Below the pieces are notes generated by a model, which was given only the letters and a program-made list of their open reading frames with translations, ran no database searches and had not been told where the DNA came from. Positions 27,774 through 38,571 of a stretch of 64,000 bases of DNA are shown here, one piece after another. The stretch covers positions 46,405 to 110,404 of the forward strand of contig CAWJUO010000028.1 in assembly GCA_963845995.1 (NCBI GenBank). Direction: 5' to 3'. How positions within the stretch are numbered: position 1 is the stretch's first letter; the number at the start of each line of letters is the position of its first letter. This DNA comes from an uncultured Acidobacteriaceae bacterium. GTDB taxonomy: Bacteria > Acidobacteriota > Terriglobia > Bryobacterales > Bryobacteraceae. Made by a program: the position numbers and the translations under genes.

Positions 27774-28299
27774 CTTCCCAAACTCCTGTAGGGCGAAGCC
27801 CGCGAAGAAACTCCGCCGTGAAGCGAGTGTCGTACATCGGGTCGCGGCTCTCGATGCAGAGGAAGAAGCGGCTGCTGGTGGCGTCCCGGAATTCGGGCAG
27901 GTCAAACAGCTGGAAATGAGGGGCGGGAAATCCGCACAGCGCGAGAGTTCCAAAGAATGCGCCGGCTGACGCAAGCAAGACCGTAAGTTCAAACAGAATC
28001 GGAATGAACGATGGCCAGCTATAGAGCGGACGGCCGCCGACGTTGATGGGGTAATCGATGGCGGCGATGTAGTACTGCAGCACCCAGGCGGTCGCCGCGC
28101 CGAGAAAGCCCCCGAGAAGCACGATGAGCGGAACCAGATTACCGCCGGGTACGATTTCATCGAGGTCCTTGATCGGGTAAGGTGAGTAGGCTTCGAAGCG
28201 AAGATAGCCGTGATCTTTCACCTGCCGCGCTCCTTCGACGAGCGTTGTTGGATCGTCGAATTCGGCGACCAGACCGTAGATGGTTTCGGTGTCGGTCAT
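27760..28299 (-). CDS. actD: Alternative complex III subunit ActD (DUF3341)
   Basis: 'IYGLVAEFDDPTTLVEGARQVKDHGYLRFEAYSPYPI' then two TM helices. ATGA overlap with actC. Confidence 0.85.
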   Translation of the reverse strand: MTDTETIYGLVAEFDDPTTLVEGARQVKDHGYLRFEAYSPYPIKDLDEIVPGGNLVPLIVLLGGFLGAATAWVLQYYIAAIDYPINVGGRPLYSWPSFIPILFELTVLLASAGAFFGTLALCGFPAPHFQLFDLPEFRDATSSRFFLCIESRDPMYDTRFTAEFLRGLRPTGVWEVENS

Positions 28300-29699
28300 T
28301 TCTCAGTGCCCCCACCAGGTTTTGAGAATGGCAGCAACTCGCGAACCTCCGACATAGAAATCATGGGAAGGAAGCGGACGAAGAGCATGAACAATACGAT
28401 GAACAGGCCCACCGAGCCGTAGAGTGTGGCATTGTCCCAAAACGTCGCGACGAAGTTGGACCACGAGGATGGGAGAAAGTCACGATCGAGGGCGGTGATG
28501 ATGATCATGTAGCGCTCGACCCACATGCCGACTAGAACCACCATGGCGATTGCGAAGAGCGGCTTCGGGTTGGTCCGGACTTTGTAAAACCAGAGCGCTT
28601 GCGGAATGGCGACGTTTAAGAGAATGACAAGCCAGAAGGTCCACGACTGCGGTCCGAAGGCGCGGTTGTGCACCGTGTACATTTCGAAACCGTTTCCGCT
28701 ATACCAGGATGTGAACGGCTCGATGAGATAGGTGTAAGCCAATACGAGCCCGGTCGCGAGCATCAACTTTGCGCAGTTATTCAAATGGCGCACGGTGATG
28801 AGATTGTGAAGTCCATAGACCGCGCGCAAGGGAATGCAGAGGACGAGCACCATCGCGAAGCCCGAGTAGATTGCCCCAGCGACGAAATAGGGCGGGAAGA
28901 TCGTCGAGTGCCAGCCCGGCAGAATGGCGATGGTGAAGTCGAAGCTTACGACAGTGTGGACAGAAAGCACCAGCGGCGTTGCAAGCCCGGCAAGCATGAG
29001 GCAGGCCGATTGATGCCATCTCCAGTGTTTAGACGAGCCGCGCCACCCGAACGAGAGCACGCCGTAGAAGGCGTACTTGAAGCGGGTTTTCGAACGGTCG
29101 CGCAGCGTGGCGAGATCCGGGATCATGCCGAGATACCAGAAAAGGATGGAGACCGTTGCGTAAGTAGAAACCGCGAAAACATCCCAGACAAGAGGACTTC
29201 TGAACTGTGGCTGGACAGTCATCGTGTTCGGATACGGGAGCAGCCAGAAGAAGACCCAAGGGCGTCCGAGATGAAGAAGGGGGAAGATTCCGGCGCAGGC
29301 GACGGCAAAGATCGTCATGGCTTCGGCAAAGCGGTTGATGGAGTTGCGCCAGGTTTGATTGAGCAGCAGGAGGATGGCGGAAATGAGCGTTCCGGCATGC
29401 CCGATTCCGATCCACCACACGAAGCTAGTTATGGCGAAAGCCCAGGCCACGGGAATTTCGACGCCCCAGATGCCCACGCCTTTGCCCACCAGGTAAGTGA
29501 CGGCGACTGTGAAAACGAGGAACAACAGAGCGCCCGTTCCGAACGTGCACCACCAGAACAGCGGAGTTTTTCGATTCAGAACAATGTCGCTGATTTGAGC
29601 GCTGACCGTCTCAAAAGTCTGGCTGGGCGCGATCACCGTAAGGGGATTGTTCGGGTCGAGCTCCCGGGCTGTGTGGCGCTGCCGCTCTTCTACGGTCAC
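28296..29699 (-). CDS. actC: Alternative complex III subunit ActC (NrfD/PsrC-like quinol-interacting membrane subunit)
   Basis: 467 aa polytopic protein. NrfD-family architecture at the expected position after actB. Confidence 0.85.
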   Translation of the reverse strand: MTVEERQRHTARELDPNNPLTVIAPSQTFETVSAQISDIVLNRKTPLFWWCTFGTGALLFLVFTVAVTYLVGKGVGIWGVEIPVAWAFAITSFVWWIGIGHAGTLISAILLLLNQTWRNSINRFAEAMTIFAVACAGIFPLLHLGRPWVFFWLLPYPNTMTVQPQFRSPLVWDVFAVSTYATVSILFWYLGMIPDLATLRDRSKTRFKYAFYGVLSFGWRGSSKHWRWHQSACLMLAGLATPLVLSVHTVVSFDFTIAILPGWHSTIFPPYFVAGAIYSGFAMVLVLCIPLRAVYGLHNLITVRHLNNCAKLMLATGLVLAYTYLIEPFTSWYSGNGFEMYTVHNRAFGPQSWTFWLVILLNVAIPQALWFYKVRTNPKPLFAIAMVVLVGMWVERYMIIITALDRDFLPSSWSNFVATFWDNATLYGSVGLFIVLFMLFVRFLPMISMSEVRELLPFSKPGGGTEK

Positions 29700-29732
29700 G
29701 AAGAACTGCCCTCCTTCAGCTCGGGATTCGGA

Positions 29733-32597
29733 TTACGCAGCTCCGCGAGATAGGTGGTGCGGGGGCGCGTGTTTAGTTCCGCCAAGAAGAGAATAGTCGA
29801 GTTTCTCAGATTTCAGTTTGGCGACTTTGTTGCCGGAGTTGTTGATGTCTCCGAAGACGATGGCCTGGGTTGGGCAGACTTGCTGACAGGCGGTTTGAAT
29901 TTCACCGTCGCGCACGGGGCGGTCTTCGGTTTCGGATGTTATTTCGGCTTCACGAATGCGCTGCACGCAGTAACTGCACTTCTCCATAACGCCTCGGCTG
30001 CGAACCGTGACGTCGGGATTGCGCTGCATTTTCAGCGTCTCGGTTGTCCAGTCCTGGAAGAGAAGAAAATTGAAGCGGCGTACTTTATAGGGGCAGTTAT
30101 TCGAGCAGTAACGCGTTCCGACGCAGCGGTTGTAGACCATATCGTTGAGGCCTTCGCTGCTGTGATTCGTGGCTTGTACCGGGCACACCAATTCGCAGGG
30201 CGCGTTTTCGCATTGCATACACGGAATGGGCATGTAGTGAGCGGTGGGAAGTTGATAGCCTTCTTCGTAGTAGGTATCGATCCGGAGCCAGTGCATGTTG
30301 CGGCGCGCGAGCACCTGTTCTTTGCCCACCACAGGGATGTTGTTTTCAGCCTGGCAGGCGATCACACACGCCTGGCAGTTGACGCAGGCGGTGAGGTCGA
30401 TTGAGAGACCCCATTTGTAGCCCTTGTAGTTCCAGTGCGGATAAAGCGTGAGATTGTTCTCGGGCGCATGGTTCTTGGCTTTGGCGAAATCGGGGTACTG
30501 CTTGTAACCGTCGAGGGTGTTCCAGATGACGATGTCCCGATGTTCCATGGCCTGCTGCATTTGCGTGGTGGCCAACGGATACGGCGTGTCGAGCTTGTGA
30601 AGTTCGGCTCCGGTTCCGCTCCATAGCGCATCGGACTTGCGCAACAGATACGCATTGAACCCGGCGCCGTTGCCAGCGCGCCCTGAGTGAGTGCGGCCAT
30701 AGCCGAGATCGACACCGATCGTCTCATCGGGATGTCCGGGCAGTATCCAAACCGATCCCCAAACTTCCTGTCCGTTGTACTTCAACGCGACATGTTGCTG
30801 ATTGTCGAGATCAAGCCGCTTCGCCGTGCGGGGGCTGAGGAAGACGGCGTTGTCCCAGGTCAGCTTGGTCATGGGATGCGGCAGTTCCTGGAGCCAGATG
30901 TTGTTCGCGTAACGGCCGTCATACATGTAGACGTCCGGGCGGAAGACAATTTCGAGACCGCTGGACTGCTGCGGACTGGGCGCGAGTTGCATCGCCGTAC
31001 TAGGCGTTGGCGTTAAGTGAGGGAGCGCGGTTCCAGCGATCAGGCCGTCGTGGACGGACTTGCGCCACCACTTTTCAAAGTCATTCGCGCCGCTTTGCTT
31101 CTGCCAGTACGCGCGAACAATCTCGTAGGAGGAGCGCCCGGGAAATTGAAGGATGGCGTCGAGAAGCTTGAGATGCGAACAGGAATCGTAGAGCGGCGCG
31201 ATGAGTGGCTGAACGATGCTGGTGGTTCCATCGAAGGATCGGGTGTCACCCCAGTCTTCCAGGAAATGCGGTTCGGGAAGATGCCAAGTGGTTTTAAGCG
31301 ACGTCTCGTTGAAGTGCAGGCTAACGTGTACGGAGGTTTTTACTTTGTCTAACGCCTTGGTGAATGAGAAATCGAGCGGCGCCGAGTAAACGGGGTTGCC
31401 GCCGAGAATCAGCAGCATCTCCACGTGGCCCGCGTTCATGTCATCCGTTAGTTGACGTAGCGAGGCGATCTGGTTAACTGAATCGACTTCTATCGGATCT
31501 GTGTAGAGGACTGTCTTCCCGATGTTTCCGAGCGCTGCATTGATGGCGTGAGCGAGCGCGTGTACGTTGGGCGATTGGTGTTCCCCGGGAATCACGAGCG
31601 ATGCACCCTTATGGGCGGCCAAGTCGCGCGCCACGGGTTGAAGCCAGGGCCGGGCAGCTGCCGCACCGGAAGCGCCGACAGCCGAGGCCAGTTCCCGGGC
31701 ACACGCTTCAACTTCGGAATACCGGACAGCGAGGCGGTGATCGGCTTTACCGCCGGTCGCCGTCATGGTGCTCTCGATGGCATACAAGCGATTCATGTCG
31801 AGACGATCGCCGCGCCGTCTGCGGGTTGAGAAATCGCGGGCGTACCTGGTGGAACCTGTTCCGCAAGCGAGGAAGTCGGAGTCGAGAGCAACCACGACAT
31901 CGGCATCCGCGAAATTGTAGAAAGTGTTCAACGGTTTACCGAACACAGTTTGCGCGGCGGCGCGGGCCGAGTGAGGTCCGGCGGGCTCAAACTGATGCCA
32001 CTTGGCCGCCGGAAACATCTTCAAAATAGCCGCGATTTGACTGCCGAGAGCCGGTGAGGTTACGGTCTCGGTGAGTATACGTAATCCGCTGCCGTTCGAA
32101 GCCCGTACTGGAGCAAGCGCGTTGGTGAGTGCAAGCTGAAAGTCTTCCCACGTGCGCTGCTCTCCGAGATACAAGATTTGCCTCGCGCGATCGGGATCGT
32201 AGAGGTCCATCAGACAGGCCTGCGAATGCACGCTGGTCGCACCGAGGCTCGCCGGGTGGTCCGGATTTCCCTCCACCTTCGTCGGGCGGCCGAGATGGCT
32301 TTCGACGAGGACACCTTGCGCGCTGCCCGGACCGGGAACCGCCGTTGCGTAGTATTTTGGCTTGCCGGGAATTACATTTTCCGGTGGATCGACATACGGC
32401 AGGATGGTCTCGGGAGGCTGGCGAGTGCAGCCAGTCAATCCCGCCAGAGCGAGTGAGCCCGCCATCAGAGAGACGAAGCGGCGGCGGCTGCTCTCGGAAA
32501 TTTCTACGCCTTCTTCACTGAACTGCTCTCCCTCGTCCTGATGGGCGGTGAGCGCCTCCAGCGGAATCAGACCGTTCTGTGATGCCGTGTTCTTCAT
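29733..32597 (-). CDS. actB: Alternative complex III subunit ActB (Tat-targeted molybdopterin-like domain fused to a 4Fe-4S domain)
   Basis: 'SRRRFVSLMAGSLALAGLTGC' Tat signal/lipobox. C-terminal ferredoxin motifs 'CVNCQACVIACQAEN', 'CMQCENAPCELVCP' and 'CVGTRYCSNNCP'. ATG 32597 overlaps the actA stop. Confidence 0.9.
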   Translation of the reverse strand: MKNTASQNGLIPLEALTAHQDEGEQFSEEGVEISESSRRRFVSLMAGSLALAGLTGCTRQPPETILPYVDPPENVIPGKPKYYATAVPGPGSAQGVLVESHLGRPTKVEGNPDHPASLGATSVHSQACLMDLYDPDRARQILYLGEQRTWEDFQLALTNALAPVRASNGSGLRILTETVTSPALGSQIAAILKMFPAAKWHQFEPAGPHSARAAAQTVFGKPLNTFYNFADADVVVALDSDFLACGTGSTRYARDFSTRRRRGDRLDMNRLYAIESTMTATGGKADHRLAVRYSEVEACARELASAVGASGAAAARPWLQPVARDLAAHKGASLVIPGEHQSPNVHALAHAINAALGNIGKTVLYTDPIEVDSVNQIASLRQLTDDMNAGHVEMLLILGGNPVYSAPLDFSFTKALDKVKTSVHVSLHFNETSLKTTWHLPEPHFLEDWGDTRSFDGTTSIVQPLIAPLYDSCSHLKLLDAILQFPGRSSYEIVRAYWQKQSGANDFEKWWRKSVHDGLIAGTALPHLTPTPSTAMQLAPSPQQSSGLEIVFRPDVYMYDGRYANNIWLQELPHPMTKLTWDNAVFLSPRTAKRLDLDNQQHVALKYNGQEVWGSVWILPGHPDETIGVDLGYGRTHSGRAGNGAGFNAYLLRKSDALWSGTGAELHKLDTPYPLATTQMQQAMEHRDIVIWNTLDGYKQYPDFAKAKNHAPENNLTLYPHWNYKGYKWGLSIDLTACVNCQACVIACQAENNIPVVGKEQVLARRNMHWLRIDTYYEEGYQLPTAHYMPIPCMQCENAPCELVCPVQATNHSSEGLNDMVYNRCVGTRYCSNNCPYKVRRFNFLLFQDWTTETLKMQRNPDVTVRSRGVMEKCSYCVQRIREAEITSETEDRPVRDGEIQTACQQVCPTQAIVFGDINNSGNKVAKLKSEKLDYSLLGGTKHAPPHHLSRGAA

Positions 32598-33253
32598 CGG
32601 TGACACGTCGAACAACTTGTAAGATCTCTGACGCTCTTGACGTGATAGTCATGCACCAGACGGGTTCCCAAAGAGATCTGATCGGGCGGCGGAGCGTAGT
32701 CCATGGCAAAAACCTGATCGCGGGGACGCACGTACCTTTCAGGGTGGCGATGGCAGTTCAGACACCACTCCATGGTGAGTGGCTGGGCTTGCCAAGTGAG
32801 AGGCATTTTATCTACGCGGCCATGACACTCGGTGCAGCCCACGCCCTTATGAATATGAATGCTGTGGTCGAAGTAAACGTAATCGGGCAGGTCGTTGACG
32901 CGGGTCCATTCGATGGATTTCCCCGTGCGGTAACTTTCACGAATTGGTTCAAGCATAGGACTGGTGGCCCACATCTCGGAGTGACAGTTCATGCAGATCT
33001 TGGTGGCCGGGACATTAGCGAACGACGAGTATTCAACTGTCGTGTGACAGTAGCGGCAATCGAGGCCGAGGCCTCCCACGTGATGCTCATGGCTAAACGG
33101 CACGGGCTGCTCGCGCGGAACGTTCTGCATAGTTTCGTAGGGCGATCTGACGATCAGATAGGACACCACGATCACGGCGGTGAGGGCGCCGACGAGAGCG
33201 AGAATGCTCAGTCTTGCAAAAGTGTTCGCACTGCGCGAAAAGTATTGAGGCAT
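32594..33253 (-). CDS. actA: Alternative complex III subunit ActA (pentahaem cytochrome c)
   Basis: Five CxxCH motifs (CRYCH, CMNCH, CTECH, CLNCH, CSTCH) after an N-terminal TM anchor. Confidence 0.9.
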   Translation of the reverse strand: MPQYFSRSANTFARLSILALVGALTAVIVVSYLIVRSPYETMQNVPREQPVPFSHEHHVGGLGLDCRYCHTTVEYSSFANVPATKICMNCHSEMWATSPMLEPIRESYRTGKSIEWTRVNDLPDYVYFDHSIHIHKGVGCTECHGRVDKMPLTWQAQPLTMEWCLNCHRHPERYVRPRDQVFAMDYAPPPDQISLGTRLVHDYHVKSVRDLTSCSTCHR

Positions 33254-33358
33254 CGTCGCCGGAATTCAATTTGAGCCGTTTGCGATATGGGGACTCAGGC
33301 AAGTACAAAGAATGTTTCGGGCTTCTCTGCACACGCGTAAAACTAACGGTGTCCTGTG

Positions 33359-34448
33359 TCATGGAGTATCGTGTGCCGCGCCGTGACCGGCTCTTTGCTG
33401 ATGAAAGGACGCGCGCGCATCTCGAGCGGAAGCGTCTCCGGCCCGCTCTACGGTGAAGCGCAGCAGGAGCGATCCAAGCGTCCCGAGCACTCCGGCTGTT
33501 ACGCGCTTTCTCCTGGTTTGACCTGGGAGAACTGAGACGAGTAAGCTGGCGGCCATCAGAAGTTCGGAGGATCTCCACATGAGACCGCTCAAGCCGTGCT
33601 TCAATGGCCTTCCCACACGCGGAACAACGGAGGCTTGCCGCTCCATAACGATTTCCGAGGCGAGTTCGGCAACCCGGCCCACATTGCCAAATAGATTCGT
33701 GATGCGGCGCTGTTTTTCGTTCTCCCAGAAAATGTCGAAGGTGCAGCCTACGCTGGCGATAGCGGAAGCACCAAATAGCGCGGGAAGAACTTTACGCGAC
33801 TCCTGCCAAAGCGGGACGGCAGTGTTGGCAACCAGCACGCCCGTGTAGGTGGCGAGCCCCAAACCGAAAACCCCGGCGGCAAATCCGCAGGCGGTACCAA
33901 GTAAGCGGAGGAATCTGGAACGCCGCCGTCGTGAGTAAAACTGCGCCGGTGGCGGTCGCGGCGGTAGCCGAAAGAATCCAGGCACCCATATTCATGGGTG
34001 AGGTTGGCCGGAACACTCGCAGCATGTTCAAAAAGCGCCCGGGACGTCCGAGATCGTAGACCAGCAGTCCGCCGCTTATGGTCGCACCGATGAAGCCCAT
34101 CAGATGGCAGCGGTCGACTAGCGTTTCCAGTTCTGGATCGCGCCTAAGCATGACGGCGGCTCCGAGAGCGAGCGATGCTCCAGTCAGTCCGCCGACGTAG
34201 TAATAAGTAGGAATCGCCCATCCCCAGATGGATTCCTGTAACATGGGCCGGTCATAGTAAGTGGGATCGGAGGTTTGGGGTTCGGGGAGTTGCTTCCAGG
34301 TTTGTGCAAGCTTCTGTATGTGAATGTCGCTCGAACCCGATGATTTTTGATTTCCAGCTTCCCCGGTAAGCTCGCCAACGTCAAGGTCGATATCGCGGCC
34401 GTCGGTGTAGACGGGCTCAACGGAATGCTGGTAACGGGCAACGCTCAT
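33359..34448 (-). CDS. NrfD/PsrC-like membrane anchor subunit of formate dehydrogenase, one frameshift
   Basis: 'YYDRPMLQESIWGWAIPTYYYVGGLTGASLALGAAV' (ORF 33792..34448) continues as 'FLRLLGTACGFAAGVFGLGLATYTGVLVANTAVPLWQ' (ORF 33359..33985). The shift is near 33915-33925. The start overlaps the fdhB stop (ATGA). Confidence 0.8.
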
Positions 34449-35239
34449 GCGCGAGAATCCTTGCCGGTGAACAGAGCCGTTCCGACAGCGATGAACGCCA
34501 TAGTTGCGGCGCTGGCGGCCATCGATAACCAGGCTGCTTTCACTTTCTTGGTGGGGACAACCGGGTCCGGAGGAAGATTGTAGACCTCCGGTTTGTCTAC
34601 CAGCAGGAAGAACGCGTTCAAGCCCTCGGTTCCGGGCTGATCTTCTTTACTTGCGCCATACAGATAGGCATCGGTCAGACCCTGATCATGCAGCTTTTCG
34701 ACGCGGTCTTGCGCATGGCCGCGCAGCTCTTCAAGATCGCCGAATTGAATCGATTCGGTGGGACAGGCTTTGGCGCAGGCGGGCTGCATGTCGTCTTTCA
34801 GACGGTCGTAACAGAGCGTACACTTCCAGGCGCGTCCATCTTCCTCGCGGCGATCGATCACACCGAACGGGCAGTTGACGATACAGTAGCCACAACCATT
34901 GCAAATGTCGGGTTGAACATAGACCGAATCGAACTCAGTGCGTATGATGGCCCCGGTAGGACAGCTTTCGAGACATCCGGCTCGCGCGCAGTGCTTGCAG
35001 ACATCGGATGAAAAGAGCCAGGAGAACGCGCCATCCTGGTCGGGCTTCAGCGGTACGGGACGTTCGACGAAGGCGACGTGACGCCAGGTAGACGCCCCGA
35101 GATGCATGGTGTTGTCGTACGACATTCCAGAGAAGATGAGGCCGTCGTCCGGTAATTGGTTCCACTGCTTGCAGGCGACCTCACATGCTTTGCAACCAAT
35201 GCAGAGCGTCGTGTCTGTGAAAAACCCTTTTTGAGCCAT
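34445..35239 (-). CDS. fdhB: Formate dehydrogenase iron-sulfur (beta) subunit with C-terminal TM anchor
   Basis: From ATG 35239: 'MAQKGFFTDTTLCIGCKACEVACKQWN', 'CKHCARAGCLESCP', 'CNGCGYCIVNCP' and 'CTLCYDRL...CAKACP' (four ferredoxin-type Cys clusters), plus C-terminal TM 'AAWLSMAASAATMAFIAVGTALF'. Confidence 0.88.
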   Translation of the reverse strand: MAQKGFFTDTTLCIGCKACEVACKQWNQLPDDGLIFSGMSYDNTMHLGASTWRHVAFVERPVPLKPDQDGAFSWLFSSDVCKHCARAGCLESCPTGAIIRTEFDSVYVQPDICNGCGYCIVNCPFGVIDRREEDGRAWKCTLCYDRLKDDMQPACAKACPTESIQFGDLEELRGHAQDRVEKLHDQGLTDAYLYGASKEDQPGTEGLNAFFLLVDKPEVYNLPPDPVVPTKKVKAAWLSMAASAATMAFIAVGTALFTGKDSRA

Positions 35240-38200
35240 GCCTACACGTTCCCTTCTTTGGTCTCTTCCGCTTTGAAGCCGTGTTTGCTTTGCTGGCTTA
35301 TGTCTGGCCTGCGGCAGATCGCGCTTCTTGCCGTCTGGATACGTACGGTTACCGAACCAGCCGCTGGTGATGTGCCGCCGCCCCTTGCTATGACGTCCGG
35401 CTTCGATCATGCCGGTGAAGGCTTTCGATTCCTGGATGGAGACGTTCGGGTCGGCGACAAAGCCGATGAGATCGTTTGCGGCGTCGCCCCGGACCAGACC
35501 TTTGCTCGACCAATGGTAGGGCAAGCCGATCTGATGAACGATTTGCCCTTTGATCTTTAGAGGACGTATACGTTGCGTGACAAGAACGCGTGTTTCGATT
35601 TCGCCGCGTGCGGTCCGGATGGTTGCCCAGCCACCATTTTTCAGGCCGCGCTCGGCGGCGAGTTCAGGTGACACCTCGCAGAACATTTCCGGCTGCAACT
35701 CCGAGAGCCATGTGAGCCACCGGCTCATACCGCCCGCGGTGTGGTGTTCGGTCAAGCGATAAGTAGTGATGACATAGGGGAACTTCGGATCGTTATAGGG
35801 CCGATGGTAAGGATTGTCATCACGGCGCCATTCCATCCGCTCCGGATTACATTGCTGTCCATATAAAGGGTTCTTTACGATCGATTCCTGCGGCTCGTAG
35901 TGAGTTGGCAAAGGGCCGTCTTGCAGCCCAGCGGGTACGTAAATCCAGCCTTTTCCATCGGACTGCATGACGAACGGATCGATGCCGGAGATTGTGTCCT
36001 TGCCGCGAGCGTCTTTGGAAGGGCGGTAAGAGGGCGGCCGCTCCACAATGAAGTCGGGTGTGTCGATTCCCACCCACTCCTTCTTTTCTTCATCCCACCA
36101 GACCAGCTTCTTGCGTTCGGACCAAGGCTTGCCTTCGAGATCCGCGGACGCGCGATTATAAAGAATGCGCCGGTTGTGCGGCCACGCCCAAGCCCATTCC
36201 GGGGCGATGTAGTTCTGTTCCCAGTAAGGCTTGCGCCGGGCGGTCATGTTGATGCCGTCCCGGTAAGCGCCTGAATAAATCCAGCAGCCGCAGGCGGTGG
36301 ATCCATCTTCTTTTAGAGAAGTGAACCCTTCGACGGGCTTGCGGTCCGCCACGGTGTATCCGTTGATTTCGTGAAGCACGGCCTCGGCGCTCGGCTCGTT
36401 CAGCGGGCCGTGGGTTGGATAATCCCAGGTCACGTCACGGATGGGCCAGTTTCGCTTTTGATCGAACTCGTTAGCGTAGAGTTTCTTCAGCCGCTGCCCA
36501 AGTTTGAAGACGAAGTCGAGTTCGCTGCGTGAGTCGCCTTTCGGTTCGACGGCTTTGTGGTGCCATTGCAAGAGCCGTTGAGTGTTGGTGAAGCTGCCGT
36601 CTTTTTCGGTGTGCGCCGCCGCCGGAAAGAAGAATACTTCGGTGCCGATCTGTTCAGGCTTGACTTCACCACGTTGGATTTCGGGCGCTTCCCGCCAGAA
36701 GTCGGCGGTTTCGGTGAGTTGGAAGTCTCGAACAACCAGCCAATCGAGCGCTCGCAATCCTTTCCTCTGGAAGGGACCGTTCATCGAACCAACCACCGGG
36801 TTTTCGCCCATCACGAAGTAGCCCTTGACCACGCCATCAGCCATGTCGGCCACGGTGTTCATGTGCGAATGATCGCCGGTGATCATGGGCAAGTAGTCAT
36901 AGCACCAGTCGTTTTCTTTGGTTGCCGCTTTGCCGTACCAGGCTTTCAGGAAAGACACGGCGTACTTCGGATACTCGCCCCACCATCCGGAAGGAGACGT
37001 GTTCAGTTGAACCCAGGTTTTGAAGTCCTTATCGTGTTTCGCTTTCGGCATCGGAAGATAGCCGGGCAAAAGGTTATACAGGGTCGGGATGTCCGTTGAA
37101 CCTTGAATGGACGCGTGGCCGCGCAGAGCGATGATGCCGCCGCCCGGGCGTCCCATATTGCCAAGCAGCAATTGAATGATGGCTGCCGAGCGGATGTACT
37201 GCACGCCAACTGTATGCTGCGTCCAGCCCACCGCGTAAACAAATGCTCCGGTACGCTCGCGGCCGGAATTGCGGCAAAGTGTTTCGGCGACTTTCAAAAA
37301 CAGATGCGGTGGGATGCCGCAGACTTCTTCCACCACCTCCGGCGTGTAGCGCGAGAAGTGCTTTTTAAGGATTTGAAAGACGCAACGCGGGTGCTGTAGC
37401 GTGGGATCTGTTTTCTCGGCCTGGATGGGCTGGCGCTGAATCGCGTCACCCTTGCTGCCGGCTTCCGATTCGCGTGCGCCTCCGGCAGGCTCAGGGTCAA
37501 CACCCTCGTACATCCAAGTCCGCGATTCGTACTTACCCTTTTTCTTGTCCCACCCGCTGAACAGGCCATCCAGGTCTTCGGTGTCCGTGAACTCTTTGCC
37601 AATGATGGCGGGGGCGTTGGTGTAGTTTACGACGTATTCCTCAAAGTAACGCTTGTTCTCGATTATGTAGTGGATGATGCCGCCGAGAAACGCAATATCG
37701 GAGCCGGGCCGAATGGGCACGTGCACGTCAGCGACTGCACTCGTCCGAGTGAAGCGTGGGTCCACATGGATGAGTGTCGCCCCGCGCTCGCGAGCCTTCA
37801 TGACCCAGCGAAAAGCAACTGGATGGCACTCCGCCATATTGGAGCCTTCGATGACGATGACATCCGAATGCATCAAGTCTGCCGGATAGTCTGTCGCACC
37901 GCCTCGGCCAAATGAGGTCCCCAAACTGGGGACCGTGGAGGAGTGTCAAATACGAGCTTGATTCTCTATCTGGACAATTCCGAGGCTGTTGAACAACTTT
38001 TTGATGAGATAGTTTTCTTCGTTATCGAGAGTGGCGCCGCCCAGGTGAGCGATGCCCATGGTGCGCCGAAGCGGATGGCCGTCTTTATCTTTGTCTTCCC
38101 AGTTCTCGTCGCGGGTTTTCTTTACACGCGCCGCGACCATGTCCATGGCCTGTTCAAGCGGGATTTTCTCCCAGGCTGTGCCGTAGGGCTTCCGATAGAG

Positions 38201-38521
38201 AACGTCAGTGACGCGGTGCGATCCCGTTACCAATTGAAAGGTCGCCGCGCCCTTGGGGCAGAGACATCCGTTCGAGATGGGTGAAGCGGGATCGCCTTCA
38301 ATATCGATGATTCTCTCGTTTTTGACGTAGACGAGTTGAGCGCAGCCGACCGCGCAGTACGGGCAGACGGAGCCTACGACCTTGTCCGCTGATTTCGTTC
38401 TTGCTGAAAGCGATTCGGTACGGCTGGACGCAGCCGATTCACCGAGGCCAAACAGATCTTTGTTTTTGATCTGCCGCGCAACAGGCCAGTTCAGGGGAGA
38501 AAAGTCGCCGGGTTTTGACAT
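35240..38521 (-). CDS. fdhA: Formate dehydrogenase catalytic (alpha) subunit, selenocysteine-containing; the 3' end is unresolved (no in-frame stop before fdhB)
   Basis: 'VCPYCAVGCAQLVY' N-terminal FeS motif. '...IENQARI-TGA-HSSTVPSLGTSFGRGGAT' matches the FdnG/FdhF Sec site. The molybdopterin oxidoreductase body runs through to '...PNVSIQESKAFTGMIEAGR'. An alternative TTG start lies at 38548. Confidence 0.88.
37916..37948 (-). promoter_or_regulatory. In-frame UGA (37946-37948) plus candidate SECIS hairpin (37916-37934)
   Basis: Minus strand reads TGA CACTCCTCCAC GGTCCCCA-GTT-TGGGGACC. This is a perfect 8-bp stem starting 11 nt after the UGA, with GU in the apical loop. Confidence 0.75.
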
Positions 38522-38571
38522 TGCCGCTTTGTAGACGAGCTTTGTCAAAAAGAGATTCGCCGGAAAAAATT

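Noticed and set aside
27774-28160. 5' extension of the actE ORF (track 27204..28160)
   Set aside because: The extension overlaps actD out of frame and encodes Ser/Pro/Ala-rich sequence. A TTG with an AGGAG SD at 27773 gives a proper lipoprotein signal peptide.
28668-29753. 361-aa ORF on the plus strand
   Set aside because: It is antisense to actC. Its charged Arg/Glu/Asp-rich product has no motifs.
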